Below, piece by piece: positions 52,306 through 61,831 of a DNA stretch of 64,000 nucleotides. Within the stretch, counting starts at the first letter, position 1. Every line of letters begins with the position of its first letter. The DNA comes from Candidatus Dormiibacterota bacterium. GTDB lineage: Bacteria > Chloroflexota > Dormibacteria > Aeolococcales > Aeolococcaceae. The stretch spans positions 2,560,001 through 2,624,000 of the forward strand of contig OY970355.1 of assembly GCA_963718525.1 (NCBI GenBank). Direction: 5' to 3'. Made by a program: the position numbers and the translations under genes. The notes beneath the pieces were generated by a model. It had not been told where the DNA came from. It was given only the letters and a program-made list of their open reading frames with translations, and made no database searches.

Positions 52306-53454
52306 TTAACCCCGCACCACGTCAGGGGCCAGCAGCGCGACCCCGGCAGACGGCCGGATCTCGAACGTCTCGCCTCCCCCGCATGCCCCCGCCATCGCCT
52401 GCCGGCAGGCATCGGTGGCGCTCCGGTCGACGAGCGCGACAACGGTCCCGCCGAATCCCGCGCCCACGAGACGGGCTCCGGCACACCCAGGGACAGTCCG
52501 TGCAGCGCCCGCCACCGCGTCCAGGGTGGGAGTGCTCACCTCGTGCAGCTCGCGGAGCGATCGGTGGCTCGCCGACATCAGGCTGCCGAGCGCGCTGAGG
52601 TCCGCCCCTCGCAGCGTTCCAGCCGCCTCAACGGCGCGGACACTCTCTCCCAGCACGTGTCGGAGCCGCCGCGTGACGTTGGGCGGGAGTTCGGCCCCAT
52701 CAATTGCAGCCTCGGTCAGCTCCTGGCACGAGTCGACATGCAGCGCGGCAAGGCCCTGCTCTGTCTCGTCGCGCCGGCGCCGGTATTCGGCGGCACCGAC
52801 GTCGTGGTGGGTCCCCGTGTCGCAGCCCACGATCACGGCGTCCGGCCACGGCCATGGAACCTCGGATTCGGCGCCGGTGCGGCAGTCGAGCAGCAGCGCA
52901 CCCCCATCGGGGGCGTCCACGATTGCTCGCTGATCGAGTGGCCCGCAGGGGATGCCGAGCACATCACGCTCGGCGGAGAGCGCGACAGCGGCAAGCTCGC
53001 GAGGTGTCATCGCGGAACCCGTCAGCCGGAGGATCGCCGTCGTCATCGCCACCATGAGCGCCGCCGACGACGCGAGCCCTGCCCCGGCCGGAAGCGTCGC
53101 CGCGACGCCGACCTCGACTGGAGGTACATCGATCCCGCGAGACCGCAGGGCAACGACCGGGGCGAGCACCCGATCGGCCATATCGCCCAACGGTTCCGCG
53201 CTCGTACGGATCACCACGCTGCCGCGGCTCGCGACCAGGTACCGTGCGGCGTCGCTCCGACGCACAGCGACAGCAATCCCCAGATCCACACCGATGCAGA
53301 GCACGAACCCCCCGGCGTAGTCGACGTGCTCCCCAACCAGCGTGCAACGACCGGGTGCCCAGGCGGTCGCTGCGACCGGCCCGCGGCCGCCGGCCTCATG
53401 CAGTGCCGCGAGCGCCGCTGCCGAAGTCAGCCTGCTCGAGTCACCGATCGTCAT
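52306..53454 (-). CDS. galK: Galactokinase family (GHMP) sugar kinase
   Basis: APGRCTLVGEHVDY, PAGAGLASSAA, CGPLDQ, GARLVGAGFGG. Confidence 0.85.
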   Translation of the reverse strand: MTIGDSSRLTSAAALAALHEAGGRGPVAATAWAPGRCTLVGEHVDYAGGFVLCIGVDLGIAVAVRRSDAARYLVASRGSVVIRTSAEPLGDMADRVLAPVVALRSRGIDVPPVEVGVAATLPAGAGLASSAALMVAMTTAILRLTGSAMTPRELAAVALSAERDVLGIPCGPLDQRAIVDAPDGGALLLDCRTGAESEVPWPWPDAVIVGCDTGTHHDVGAAEYRRRRDETEQGLAALHVDSCQELTEAAIDGAELPPNVTRRLRHVLGESVRAVEAAGTLRGADLSALGSLMSASHRSLRELHEVSTPTLDAVAGAARTVPGCAGARLVGAGFGGTVVALVDRSATDACRQAMAGACGGGETFEIRPSAGVALLAPDVVRG

Positions 53455-54311
53455 ACACGTGATGGAACGGATACCACTGCTCGGGATGAGCACGGATCGC
53501 CGGCTCGACACTGGTGGCGATGCGGGCGATCACCGCAGCATCGTCGCCCGAGGCGTCGACGGGGGGATGGATCTCCAGCACCCATCCCCGCCCGTCTCGC
53601 CGGCACGTCACCGGGAGGATCGGTGCGCCGGTTGACGCCGCCAGGCGCGCGGGAACCGCGCTGCAGCGCACGGGGCCGCCGCAGAACGGCACGACGACGG
53701 TCGGTCCGGCTTCGGGCACGTCGAGCATCAGGGCGACGGTCCTCCCCTTTCGCAGCGCGCGAAATAGCCCTCGCGCGGACTGCCGCACCGTGAAAATCTC
53801 GAGGCCCTTGCGCTGCCGCGAGAGTGCCACCATCTCTGTGATCCCCGGCGACACGACCGGAGCCATCACGGTGCTGAGGTGGAGGCCGAGGCCAAGCGAG
53901 GCGCTCGCGGCCATGTCCCAATTGCCGAAGTGGGGAAGCACCACCATCGAGCCGCGGCCGCCGACGTCCAGGTGCTCTGCGCCATGCACTCGAAACAGCT
54001 CGAGCACCTGCCACGAGTTCGAGCGGGTCGGCCCACACCGAGTCCACGACCATGCGCACGTACTCCTGGTAGGAACGTCGCGCAAGCGCCACAGCCGCGG
54101 CATGGTCGAGGTGAGGCTGCAGGCGGTGATGGTTCGCGGCCGCGCGCACGCGATCCTCACTGCTCAGACGCGCATACCAGGCCGCTCCGACGACGGCGGC
54201 CGCCGGCCCGCGCATCGGCCCGAGCGCGCGGACCGCTCTGGTGAGGGCGCTGAGCGCGACGGCGGGGATGTCCCTGCCGGCTCCTGCCGGTCGTGCTTCC
54301 GGCGCTGTCAG
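53441..54311 (-). pseudogene. LpxL/PatA-like lysophospholipid acyltransferase with a frameshift near 54015
   Basis: N-part (...ARRSYQEYVRMVVD) and C-part (GAEHL...PHFGNWD...ALMLD...HPEQWY) are in different frames. Confidence 0.75.
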
Positions 54312-55795
54312 CGCAGTGTTCCGGCTCCCGCTGTCGCCACCGCGAGCAGCGGCTGGATCAGCACCACCAGCACCACGCCCGCAAGGCAGGCCGTACCGGC
54401 AACGATGCGAGACAAGACGGGTGTCGCCCCGAGCGTGAAGGGGACCGCATCCCCGGCATCCGCGTACAGCGACGCGATGAACCGCACCGCCGCGATCAAC
54501 GTCAACAGGCCGGCGGCGATCGCGACCACTGCCAGCCACCCATAGTGCGTGTCCGCTGCGCTCGAGATGAGCAGGATTCGCGACAGAAATCCCGCGAGCG
54601 GGGGCACGCCGGCGAGTGTCCCCACCGCGACGGTGAGCAGGAGCGCCGCGGGGGCCGATCGATGCGCCAGGCCGCGCAGATCGTCGAGCCCATCACCGAT
54701 TCCCGCGACCTGCAGCATCGCAAGCACGCCGAACGCCGCCAGCATCGCGATCACCGTGATGCCCAACCCGCTGAGGAAAGCGGTCACCCCATACGCCGGC
54801 AGCCCACGTGACCCGGTCGAGAACGCCAGCAGTCCAAGCAGGAGCATCGCCGTCTGCGTGCTGATCAGCTGACCGACAAGGCGGGCGACCGAGGTCTCAC
54901 GCAGCGAGCTCAGCGAGGAATACCCGAGCGCGACCGCCGCGACAATGGGTACGAGCCATCGCCAGACACCGACCCCGGGTCCGAAGCCCGAGATGGTCAC
55001 GCGCGCCAGCGCCGCCCCGCCGCCGATCAGGCTCATCGCGATGACGAATCCCGCCGCTGCCGCGGGCACATTGGTGGCAACACGCCCCACCCATTGCCGC
55101 AGCGGGAAGACGCCGAAGGTGCCGCAGAGTCCCAGAACGACGAGCGCGACACCGAGCGCCACTGCCCCAGGAGCTGCGTGCGCGGCGGCGGCGACAGCGG
55201 CGAGATTCGTACTTCGCGTGGTGCCGTAGAGGATCGCGAGTCCGTACACCACGGCGGCGAGCCCGACACTGCCTTCGATGAGGTGCTCGAAGGACGACAC
55301 CGCGCCGCGCGGGTTGGTCTTCACGAGCGCTCCGAGCGATACGAGACAGATCAGCAGCAGCGCGAGTGCAACGAACAGCGTGGTCATCTCGCGTTCGGCG
55401 CCGATCGCCTCAACCGCGGCGGTCGCAATCAGCAGGAGGCCATAGAACGCGCCCGTCCGCGCAGGGATGGTGCGCACGGCCGAGTCACTGATCAAACACG
55501 TGGTGAGCGCTGCGACGCAGGCCAGGATCGCGATGTACAGAGCAAAGCTGTCGACCACGAACCCGCCGTTCCACACCGTGATCGCAACCCCCGAACGCAC
55601 GTGGCGAAGTCCGAGCAGGACCAGGGCGCATGCTGCGAGCGACCCCACCAGTCCGATGCATGCGATCCAGCGGTGGATGTCCGGACGCAACCCTGGCCGG
55701 AGCACCGCGACGAGCGCAGAGATCGCAGCTGTCCCAACCAGCATCGCCTCGGGAAGGAGCGCGAGCGTCAGCGCGTGCGCGAAATCAGCGGGCAT
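54308..55795 (-). CDS. nuoN: Divergent NuoN-like antiporter-type subunit
   Basis: LLPE, D-F, YGLAILYGTT, GLAHRS, LAGVPPLAGF, about 14 TM. Key Glu/Lys absent (see findings). Confidence 0.8.
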   Translation of the reverse strand: MPADFAHALTLALLPEAMLVGTAAISALVAVLRPGLRPDIHRWIACIGLVGSLAACALVLLGLRHVRSGVAITVWNGGFVVDSFALYIAILACVAALTTCLISDSAVRTIPARTGAFYGLLLIATAAVEAIGAEREMTTLFVALALLLICLVSLGALVKTNPRGAVSSFEHLIEGSVGLAAVVYGLAILYGTTRSTNLAAVAAAAHAAPGAVALGVALVVLGLCGTFGVFPLRQWVGRVATNVPAAAAGFVIAMSLIGGGAALARVTISGFGPGVGVWRWLVPIVAAVALGYSSLSSLRETSVARLVGQLISTQTAMLLLGLLAFSTGSRGLPAYGVTAFLSGLGITVIAMLAAFGVLAMLQVAGIGDGLDDLRGLAHRSAPAALLLTVAVGTLAGVPPLAGFLSRILLISSAADTHYGWLAVVAIAAGLLTLIAAVRFIASLYADAGDAVPFTLGATPVLSRIVAGTACLAGVVLVVLIQPLLAVATAGAGTLR

Positions 55796-55798
55796 GCG

Positions 55799-57289
55799 CT
55801 AAGCCCCGGTGATCCGGGTGGTGATCTCGAGCACGCCGTTGGCGATCACCGGGATCACCGCCCCCGCGCGGAGTCCGAAGAGCAGCACAGCCGCGACCAG
55901 CGGGATGAGGACGGTCAGATCGAGGAGAGTGACATCACGCACGCGGGCGAACTGGTCGCGCACGGGCCCGAAGAAGACGCGATTCGCGACCCAGAGCAGA
56001 CCGCCGGTGATGACGATCACGCTGGCCATCACCAGCACAGTTGCGATCCGGTGCTCCGGGAACGAGCCGGCGAAGACCATGAAATCGCCGGTGAATCCCG
56101 CAAGGAATGGAATGCCGATGACGCTCGCTGCAGCAACCAGCCAGAACCCCGCAAGGCGCGGCGCCTGCGTGACCAACCCACCCATGGCTCGAATGCTCGT
56201 CGTCCGGGTTCGCTCCTCGATCGCGCCGCTCACCAGCGTGAGCATCGCCGACCCGAGACCCTGGCCGCAGAGGAGCAGGACGGCCCCGACCAGCGCCACC
56301 GACGTCTGCGCGCCGATTGCCAGGAGCACGAGCGACATCTGGGCGACATTCATGTATCCGATGAACCGGCGCAACTCGTCCTGCCGCAGCGCGCCGACGC
56401 TGCCCCAGAACGCGCCCACCACCGCAAGGCCCGTGATCGCGAACCCGTAGTAGTGCGCCGCCGCTGGGAAGACGACGAGGCTGATTCGCATCATCCCGTA
56501 GGCGCCGAGCAGCAGCATCGTCCCGGAAAGGATGGTCGCGACGCCGGCGCTCGCCTTGGTCTGCGCCTCGAGCATCCATGTATGCACTGGAAAGATGGCC
56601 ATCGCGATCGCGAACGCGGTGAAGCTCAGCCAGAACCCGACCGTTTCCGCCGTGACGGAGAACGTGGTCAGGTCGGCGGTCATGTCCGAAGACTGAGCAC
56701 CGGCTTCCACGACGATGATCACGACGGTTGCGATGATCAGCGCGAGCGACACCGCCTGGAAGCCCGCGAACCATGCCGCGGCGCGACGAGCACCCTCGCC
56801 GCCCCAGATCCGGATGAGCAGGTACATCGGGACCAGCAACATGGCCCAGAAGGCGACGAACAGAACGAAGTCCGAGGAGCACAGGACGCCGTTGACCGCG
56901 GTCTCGACGAGCAGCACGAGGATGACGTACAGACGCACCCGCTCGTGAATCTTCCAGGAATGGAACATCGCGCACCCGAAGATCGTCGTCACCACCACGA
57001 GCAGCGGGAGGCTGATGCCGTCGGCGACAAGGTCATAGTGGGCTTGGAACAGGAAGTTCCAGAACCAGGTGTGATTCTCCTGGTATGCGGATGCCAGGCC
57101 ACCACCCTGGCCGAGCCCGATCTGCCCCAGTATCGCGAAGAACGTCGTCACGAAGAAGCTGACGCCCGCACCGGCCAGGGCGACCGTCCTCACCCGTGCG
57201 CGTTCCTCGTCATTGCGCTCCGGGAGGAAGAGTGCGATCACCGCGAAGAGCAGTGGCGACCAGACGATGGTCGACAGGATCACGCTCAT
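55799..57289 (-). CDS. nuoM: Divergent NuoM-like antiporter-type subunit
   Basis: DGISL, PMYLLI.IWG, FPVHTW, GAYG, ERTRT...MGGL, GIPFLAGF, RVFFG. Confidence 0.85.
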   Translation of the reverse strand: MSVILSTIVWSPLLFAVIALFLPERNDEERARVRTVALAGAGVSFFVTTFFAILGQIGLGQGGGLASAYQENHTWFWNFLFQAHYDLVADGISLPLLVVVTTIFGCAMFHSWKIHERVRLYVILVLLVETAVNGVLCSSDFVLFVAFWAMLLVPMYLLIRIWGGEGARRAAAWFAGFQAVSLALIIATVVIIVVEAGAQSSDMTADLTTFSVTAETVGFWLSFTAFAIAMAIFPVHTWMLEAQTKASAGVATILSGTMLLLGAYGMMRISLVVFPAAAHYYGFAITGLAVVGAFWGSVGALRQDELRRFIGYMNVAQMSLVLLAIGAQTSVALVGAVLLLCGQGLGSAMLTLVSGAIEERTRTTSIRAMGGLVTQAPRLAGFWLVAAASVIGIPFLAGFTGDFMVFAGSFPEHRIATVLVMASVIVITGGLLWVANRVFFGPVRDQFARVRDVTLLDLTVLIPLVAAVLLFGLRAGAVIPVIANGVLEITTRITGA

Positions 57290-59316
57290 ACCAGGCGCAC
57301 CCAGAGGTGGCCTGTCGCGGCAAGCACCGAAAGCAGCGCGAGAATCCCGACGACAACAACAGCGCCGGCGAGGTACCGCGAGAACCGGATGCTCCGAATA
57401 GCCCCGAGTCCCAACGCGGCGTAGTCGACGCTCTCGCCCACCGATGCTTCGACGGGCGCGATGACCTGCTCGTCGAAGTCGGACACGCGGCCGGCCACGG
57501 CGAGCAGGGGCGGCGCCGCGATCTCCGTCAGTCGCTCGACGTAGAAGCCCTGCGCCGCAATGCGTATCGGCCATGCCGCGCGAACCGGCAACGGCACATC
57601 CCGGCGGGCCGGGCCGAACAGGAGGTATGCCACGCCGAAACCGCCTGCAGCGACAAGCAGGGCGAGGAGTGCCGCGATTCCATCCAGGCCGATCGACTGA
57701 TGGTGGCTCGCATAGAAGACGAAGCGCATGTACGTGAGGCCGGCGATGCGGGCACTGCCGATCGTGAACGGTTGCAGGCCGGGCAGGCCGACGAGCACCG
57801 CGACAACGGCAGCGATCAGGACGAGCCGCAGCGGCCGCCGGAGTGCGCCTTCAACCTCCGCAACCCGATCATGCTGGAATCCCCGGCGGCGACTCACCTC
57901 GCCGGTGGTCACGGTCAGGAGGAGCCGTGCCGCGAGCACCGCGACGAGCACGCCCGCGACCGCGGTGACGATGACGATGACCACGCGCTCGAGGACGCTG
58001 AAGACCCCACCGGCCGGGTCAACGCCGTTCAGCCCGGACGACAGGGCGTAGTAGCAGCTCAGGCCGACGCCGCCGGCAAGCAGCGCCCACGCGCCAAGGG
58101 CGACGCTGGTCGTGCGCAATTTCACCCACGCGCCGCCCATCTCTCCGATGTCGTCGGTGCGATAGACGCGGACGAGGTTGGCGACAGCGAGGAACAGCAG
58201 TGTCGACGTGAATATCGAGGTGAATGCGATGAACACGCCCGGGCTGTAGCCTCCCACGCCCAGCGTAACCACTGCCAGGCTGAGTTCCGAGGCGACGGCG
58301 CACACGGCGATGCGCGTGATGCTGCGCTGCGCGATCCCAGTCGCTGCAGTAACAACAGCGCTGAGGCCGCCCACCAGGGCGAAGACGGGAAGGGCCCGAG
58401 GGGTGTGGGCGACGACGGGGTAGATGCGTGCAACCAGGTAGAGACCAAGTGGCGCGACCGTGGCGCCGGCGAGGGCCAGAACCGGAATCGCCGACGATGC
58501 GGCGTCGCGCAGCCAGACGGTGAAGGGAAATTGAGCGCTGCGCACCGTGGCGGCGACGAGGAACACGATGCCCATCACGAGCAGGGCGCGCGGTCCAGTG
58601 CTGGCCACGCCGTGGTGCAGCGCGGCGATGACTCCCTGTGAGATCACGCTGAAGGAAAATGGATCCGCGATCGACTGTCCGGCCGGTGCGGCCAGCAACG
58701 ACGAGAAGACCCCGAACTTGATCCAGGTGAACAGGACTCCCAGGGTCAGCGCGATGTCACTCGCGGTCAGGATGATGGCGGCGCGCAGTGCGCGGCGCGC
58801 GATATCGGCGCGCTGCCATGCCAGCGTGAGCAGCACGTAGAGGACCGCTGTGGCTCCAACCCACATGATCAGCGAGTCGAAGAGGTTCGGGCTGAGCACG
58901 AAACCGGTCGTGCAGAAGGCGAGCACAGACGACCCGCAGAAGAAGCGCCGGTACCCCTGCTCGCCGCGCATCGCGGTGACCGAGTAGATCTGGATCACGA
59001 GGGTCGCGAACACGATCGCCGCGGCGAAGCTTGCCGAGAGAGAGTCGACGTGCACGCCGACCTGTGCCTGGAACTGCGTCGCAAACGTCGCGCCCTCCGG
59101 CGGGGTCATCGTGAAGAAGGTCAGCAGCGAGTCGAACGGTGCTGCAGTCGCGTGGGTCAGGCGGACGCCGAGCACGATGGCGGCCACGACGAACGACGCG
59201 CCGCTGAACACGACGCAGAGCTGCGCGGCGCGCCGCTGCGTCTCCACACCGAGGGAGGCGAGCGCACCGAGCAGCGGGAGAAAGGGAATCGCCCACGCCG
59301 CGTTGTAGATGCCCAC
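57286..59316 (-). CDS. nuoL: Divergent NuoL-like antiporter-type subunit
   Basis: PFLPLLGA, VDSLS, IYS..M, RFF, SAQFPF.VWL.DA, GLYLVARIYP, D..EMGG, FY.E lateral helix. Confidence 0.85.
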   Translation of the reverse strand: MGIYNAAWAIPFLPLLGALASLGVETQRRAAQLCVVFSGASFVVAAIVLGVRLTHATAAPFDSLLTFFTMTPPEGATFATQFQAQVGVHVDSLSASFAAAIVFATLVIQIYSVTAMRGEQGYRRFFCGSSVLAFCTTGFVLSPNLFDSLIMWVGATAVLYVLLTLAWQRADIARRALRAAIILTASDIALTLGVLFTWIKFGVFSSLLAAPAGQSIADPFSFSVISQGVIAALHHGVASTGPRALLVMGIVFLVAATVRSAQFPFTVWLRDAASSAIPVLALAGATVAPLGLYLVARIYPVVAHTPRALPVFALVGGLSAVVTAATGIAQRSITRIAVCAVASELSLAVVTLGVGGYSPGVFIAFTSIFTSTLLFLAVANLVRVYRTDDIGEMGGAWVKLRTTSVALGAWALLAGGVGLSCYYALSSGLNGVDPAGGVFSVLERVVIVIVTAVAGVLVAVLAARLLLTVTTGEVSRRRGFQHDRVAEVEGALRRPLRLVLIAAVVAVLVGLPGLQPFTIGSARIAGLTYMRFVFYASHHQSIGLDGIAALLALLVAAGGFGVAYLLFGPARRDVPLPVRAAWPIRIAAQGFYVERLTEIAAPPLLAVAGRVSDFDEQVIAPVEASVGESVDYAALGLGAIRSIRFSRYLAGAVVVVGILALLSVLAATGHLWVRLV

Positions 59317-59321
59317 CCGCG

Positions 59322-59636
59322 CTATGCCTCGACGTCGCCGAGGGCGTCGATATCGGCTCGCCCGGTCCGGCGCCAGAGCAGCACGATCAGAGCGAACCCG
59401 AGGCTGCAGACACAGGTCGCCACGACGATGGCGATCGCGGCGAGCGCGTCGCCAAAGGCGACCGGGGGCGCCTGGATTGCATGGGTGAAGCCGACGATGG
59501 CGATCACGGGTGCGGCAAAGAGGAGTCCGATTCCCATCACGACTCCAAGCGGATGGCGGCGAGCGAGCACCCCATACACGCCGATGGCGAAGACGACAGC
59601 GCTCAACAGCGCGAAGCCCTCCGGACCAGCGCTCAT
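59322..59636 (-). CDS. nuoK: Divergent NuoK-like subunit
   Basis: LSAVVFAIGVYGVLARR, three TMs, G.ALIVLLWRR...DID.L. Confidence 0.8.
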   Translation of the reverse strand: MSAGPEGFALLSAVVFAIGVYGVLARRHPLGVVMGIGLLFAAPVIAIVGFTHAIQAPPVAFGDALAAIAIVVATCVCSLGFALIVLLWRRTGRADIDALGDVEA

Positions 59637-60250
59637 GAGTCGCTCCTTGACGGGCGTCGCCTGCCCTGCTCGCGGTCCTCACGGCGCCTGCGCGCAAGCT
59701 CTTCGCGCTGCCGGCGCAGCTGGAGGTACTGGTCAAGCGTCTGCTCGTCGGTGCTCCGGCGTCCGATGACCAACCCCATAGCCGCGGTGATGATCACGAC
59801 AACCGCACTGATTGCCAGTGCGTAGGGTGCGCGGTAATGGAGCACCGTGATCAGCGCCGCGCTCTGGGTGAGGAGCGGAGAGTAACCCGAGAAGCCCGGG
59901 TACCAACCCGATCCGACGGCGGCCAGCGTCGCGATCAGCACCGCGGCGATACCCACGGCGATTGGTGCGGCGATCCAGAAGCGTTCAGGTCCAGCCGGCA
60001 CTGCGAGCAGCCCACGATAAGCGTCGCGCCGGAGCACCATTGTCACGACCACGGCGGCGACAGCCGGCACGACGAGTTGCACGACCGCGAGCGCATAGGC
60101 CCCTGAGATGAGCTCGAGGACACCCATGAGGACGATCACCGCCCCGCCCGCGTACCCGGCATGGCGCAGCGAAGGAAGCCCAACTGCGGCCCCGGCGGCA
60201 AGCACGATGAGCACGGCGACGGCATAGAACGCGATTGCGTTGGGGGTCAT
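59633..60250 (-). CDS. nuoJ: Divergent NuoJ-like subunit
   Basis: Five TMs, A..LAVVQ, Y..PY...S..; position upstream of nuoK. Confidence 0.7.
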   Translation of the reverse strand: MTPNAIAFYAVAVLIVLAAGAAVGLPSLRHAGYAGGAVIVLMGVLELISGAYALAVVQLVVPAVAAVVVTMVLRRDAYRGLLAVPAGPERFWIAAPIAVGIAAVLIATLAAVGSGWYPGFSGYSPLLTQSAALITVLHYRAPYALAISAVVVIITAAMGLVIGRRSTDEQTLDQYLQLRRQREELARRRREDREQGRRRPSRSDS

Positions 60251-60283
60251 AGGGTCGCGGGCGGCATTGTAGTCAGCGCGGGC

Positions 60284-60694
60284 TCAGACCGAATCGTCGT
60301 CTTCAAGCCGCGACGCCCGCGTCGGCGCCGCAATACGGACCGTGCCAGGGATGCGCTCGAAGATGAGCACCAGGCTGAGACCGACAGCCGCGATCAGCAG
60401 CCCGACGATCGCGACCGGCGTTACCCGGATGCCAATCAGCGGCAGGGACACCCCGGCGTCCCACGGTCCGGGTGTCGACGTCGAAGCCGCGGCTCCATAG
60501 CGCGCCACCGCGGAGGGGCTCGGAAACACTCGCTGCCCGACGACGCCCGCGACGAATGCCAGGCTGCCAAGGGTGCAGATGAAATAGAGCCAGTTGCCGC
60601 TGTGACGCGCTGCCACCGTGGACGTGGTCACCGCCAGGCAGCCGGCGAGCACCGCGACGATGCCGATCACGACCTGCTCGGGGGTCGGGGGCAA
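60284..60694 (-). CDS. Three-TM membrane protein
   Basis: Three hydrophobic segments; lies between mnmA and nuoJ. Confidence 0.65.
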   Translation of the reverse strand: MPPTPEQVVIGIVAVLAGCLAVTTSTVAARHSGNWLYFICTLGSLAFVAGVVGQRVFPSPSAVARYGAAASTSTPGPWDAGVSLPLIGIRVTPVAIVGLLIAAVGLSLVLIFERIPGTVRIAAPTRASRLEDDDSV

Positions 60695-60706
60695 CGCCGG
60701 CGCGCC

Positions 60707-61831
60707 TCAGGCGGCCCGGCGGACCAACCCGCCTCCGAGGACCTCGTCGCCGCGATAGAGCACCATCGATTGTCCCGGCGCAGCCTGGTCGACCGGGGCA
60801 TCGAACCTGACGCGCACGCCGGTGGCGTCGGTCGCCTCGATCGTCGCTGCGTGCGGCTCGCCGTGGGCCCGAAGCTGTGCATTGCATCGGGTCCCCTGTG
60901 CTGGGCCGCGACCCGAGACCCAGTGGAACGAGGACGCCTCGACAAGGCTGGAGCGCAGCGCTTCGCGTGGTCCGACGACCAGGGTGTTCGCGGCCGGGCG
61001 GAGTTCGATGACAAAACGCGGTGCCGCGTCGGGCCGCGACGGCGCAATCCCCAGGCCGGCACGCTGCCCCACGGTGAAGAACGGAAGGCCCTCGTGCTGC
61101 CCGAGCACCATGCCGTCGAGGTCGGTGATGGCGCCGGCTGAGAAACGTCCGGCGAGCCGTTGGCGCAGCTCGGACCTCATGTCAGTCTCGACGAAGCACA
61201 GATCCTGCAACTCGGGCTTGGCTGCCGTGACCAGCCCGAGAGCGGCCGCTTCCGCCCGGACGCTCGCCTTGGATTCGTCACCCCCGAGCGCGAACACAGC
61301 GCCATGCAACTGGTGTTGGTCGAGCCGGTGGAGCACGTACGCCTGGTCGCGGCGGAGGTCGCGTGCCCGGTGCAGTGTCGTCAGCGATCCCCTCCGGCCG
61401 GTGCGTGCGTAGTGGCCGGTGGCGAGATGGGTCGCCCCTGCGGCCCGAGCCCGCTCGAGCAGCACGCCGAACTTGATGCGCTGATTGCATCTCACGCAGG
61501 GGTTGGGGGTGAGGCCCTGCGCATAGCCGTCCTCGAAGTCAGCCACGACCTCTCTCTCGAAGTCCCGCTCGAGATTCCATACGTAGTGCGGGAGCGACAG
61601 CGCTGCCGCCACGCGGCGGGCGTCATCCACCGCATCGATCGAGCAGCACCCACGGTCGCGGACGCTTTCGCGGCTTCCCGGCCACATCGCAAGGGTGATG
61701 CCGAACGCGTGCAGACCGGTTGCCGCGACGCGGGCAGCAGCAACGCTCGAGTCCACTCCTCCCGACATCGCCACGGCGATCACCGACGATCGCGGCAGGA
61801 GATCCAGCGGACGGTCAGCGGCGACCGCCAC
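60707..61831 (-). CDS. mnmA: tRNA-specific 2-thiouridylase MnmA
   Basis: AMSGGVDSS, GCC, PNPCVRCN..IKF, ATGHY, DQ.Y, QDLCF, TVGQR.G, PGQ. Confidence 0.93.
   Translation of the reverse strand: MAVAADRPLDLLPRSSVIAVAMSGGVDSSVAAARVAATGLHAFGITLAMWPGSRESVRDRGCCSIDAVDDARRVAAALSLPHYVWNLERDFEREVVADFEDGYAQGLTPNPCVRCNQRIKFGVLLERARAAGATHLATGHYARTGRRGSLTTLHRARDLRRDQAYVLHRLDQHQLHGAVFALGGDESKASVRAEAAALGLVTAAKPELQDLCFVETDMRSELRQRLAGRFSAGAITDLDGMVLGQHEGLPFFTVGQRAGLGIAPSRPDAAPRFVIELRPAANTLVVGPREALRSSLVEASSFHWVSGRGPAQGTRCNAQLRAHGEPHAATIEATDATGVRVRFDAPVDQAAPGQSMVLYRGDEVLGGGLVRRAA

Noticed and set aside
52006-53793. 595-aa plus-strand ORF (likewise 55094-57424, 57196-58641, 10259-11512, 48057-49244)
   Set aside because: Antisense shadows of well-supported genes in high-GC DNA; Arg/Pro-rich with no motifs.
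54308-60250. Mrp Na+/H+ antiporter or plain nuo pseudogenes
   Set aside because: Order and sizes fit nuoJKLMN and there is no mrpE/F/G. Mrp also keeps the Glu/Lys residues. All five frames are intact.
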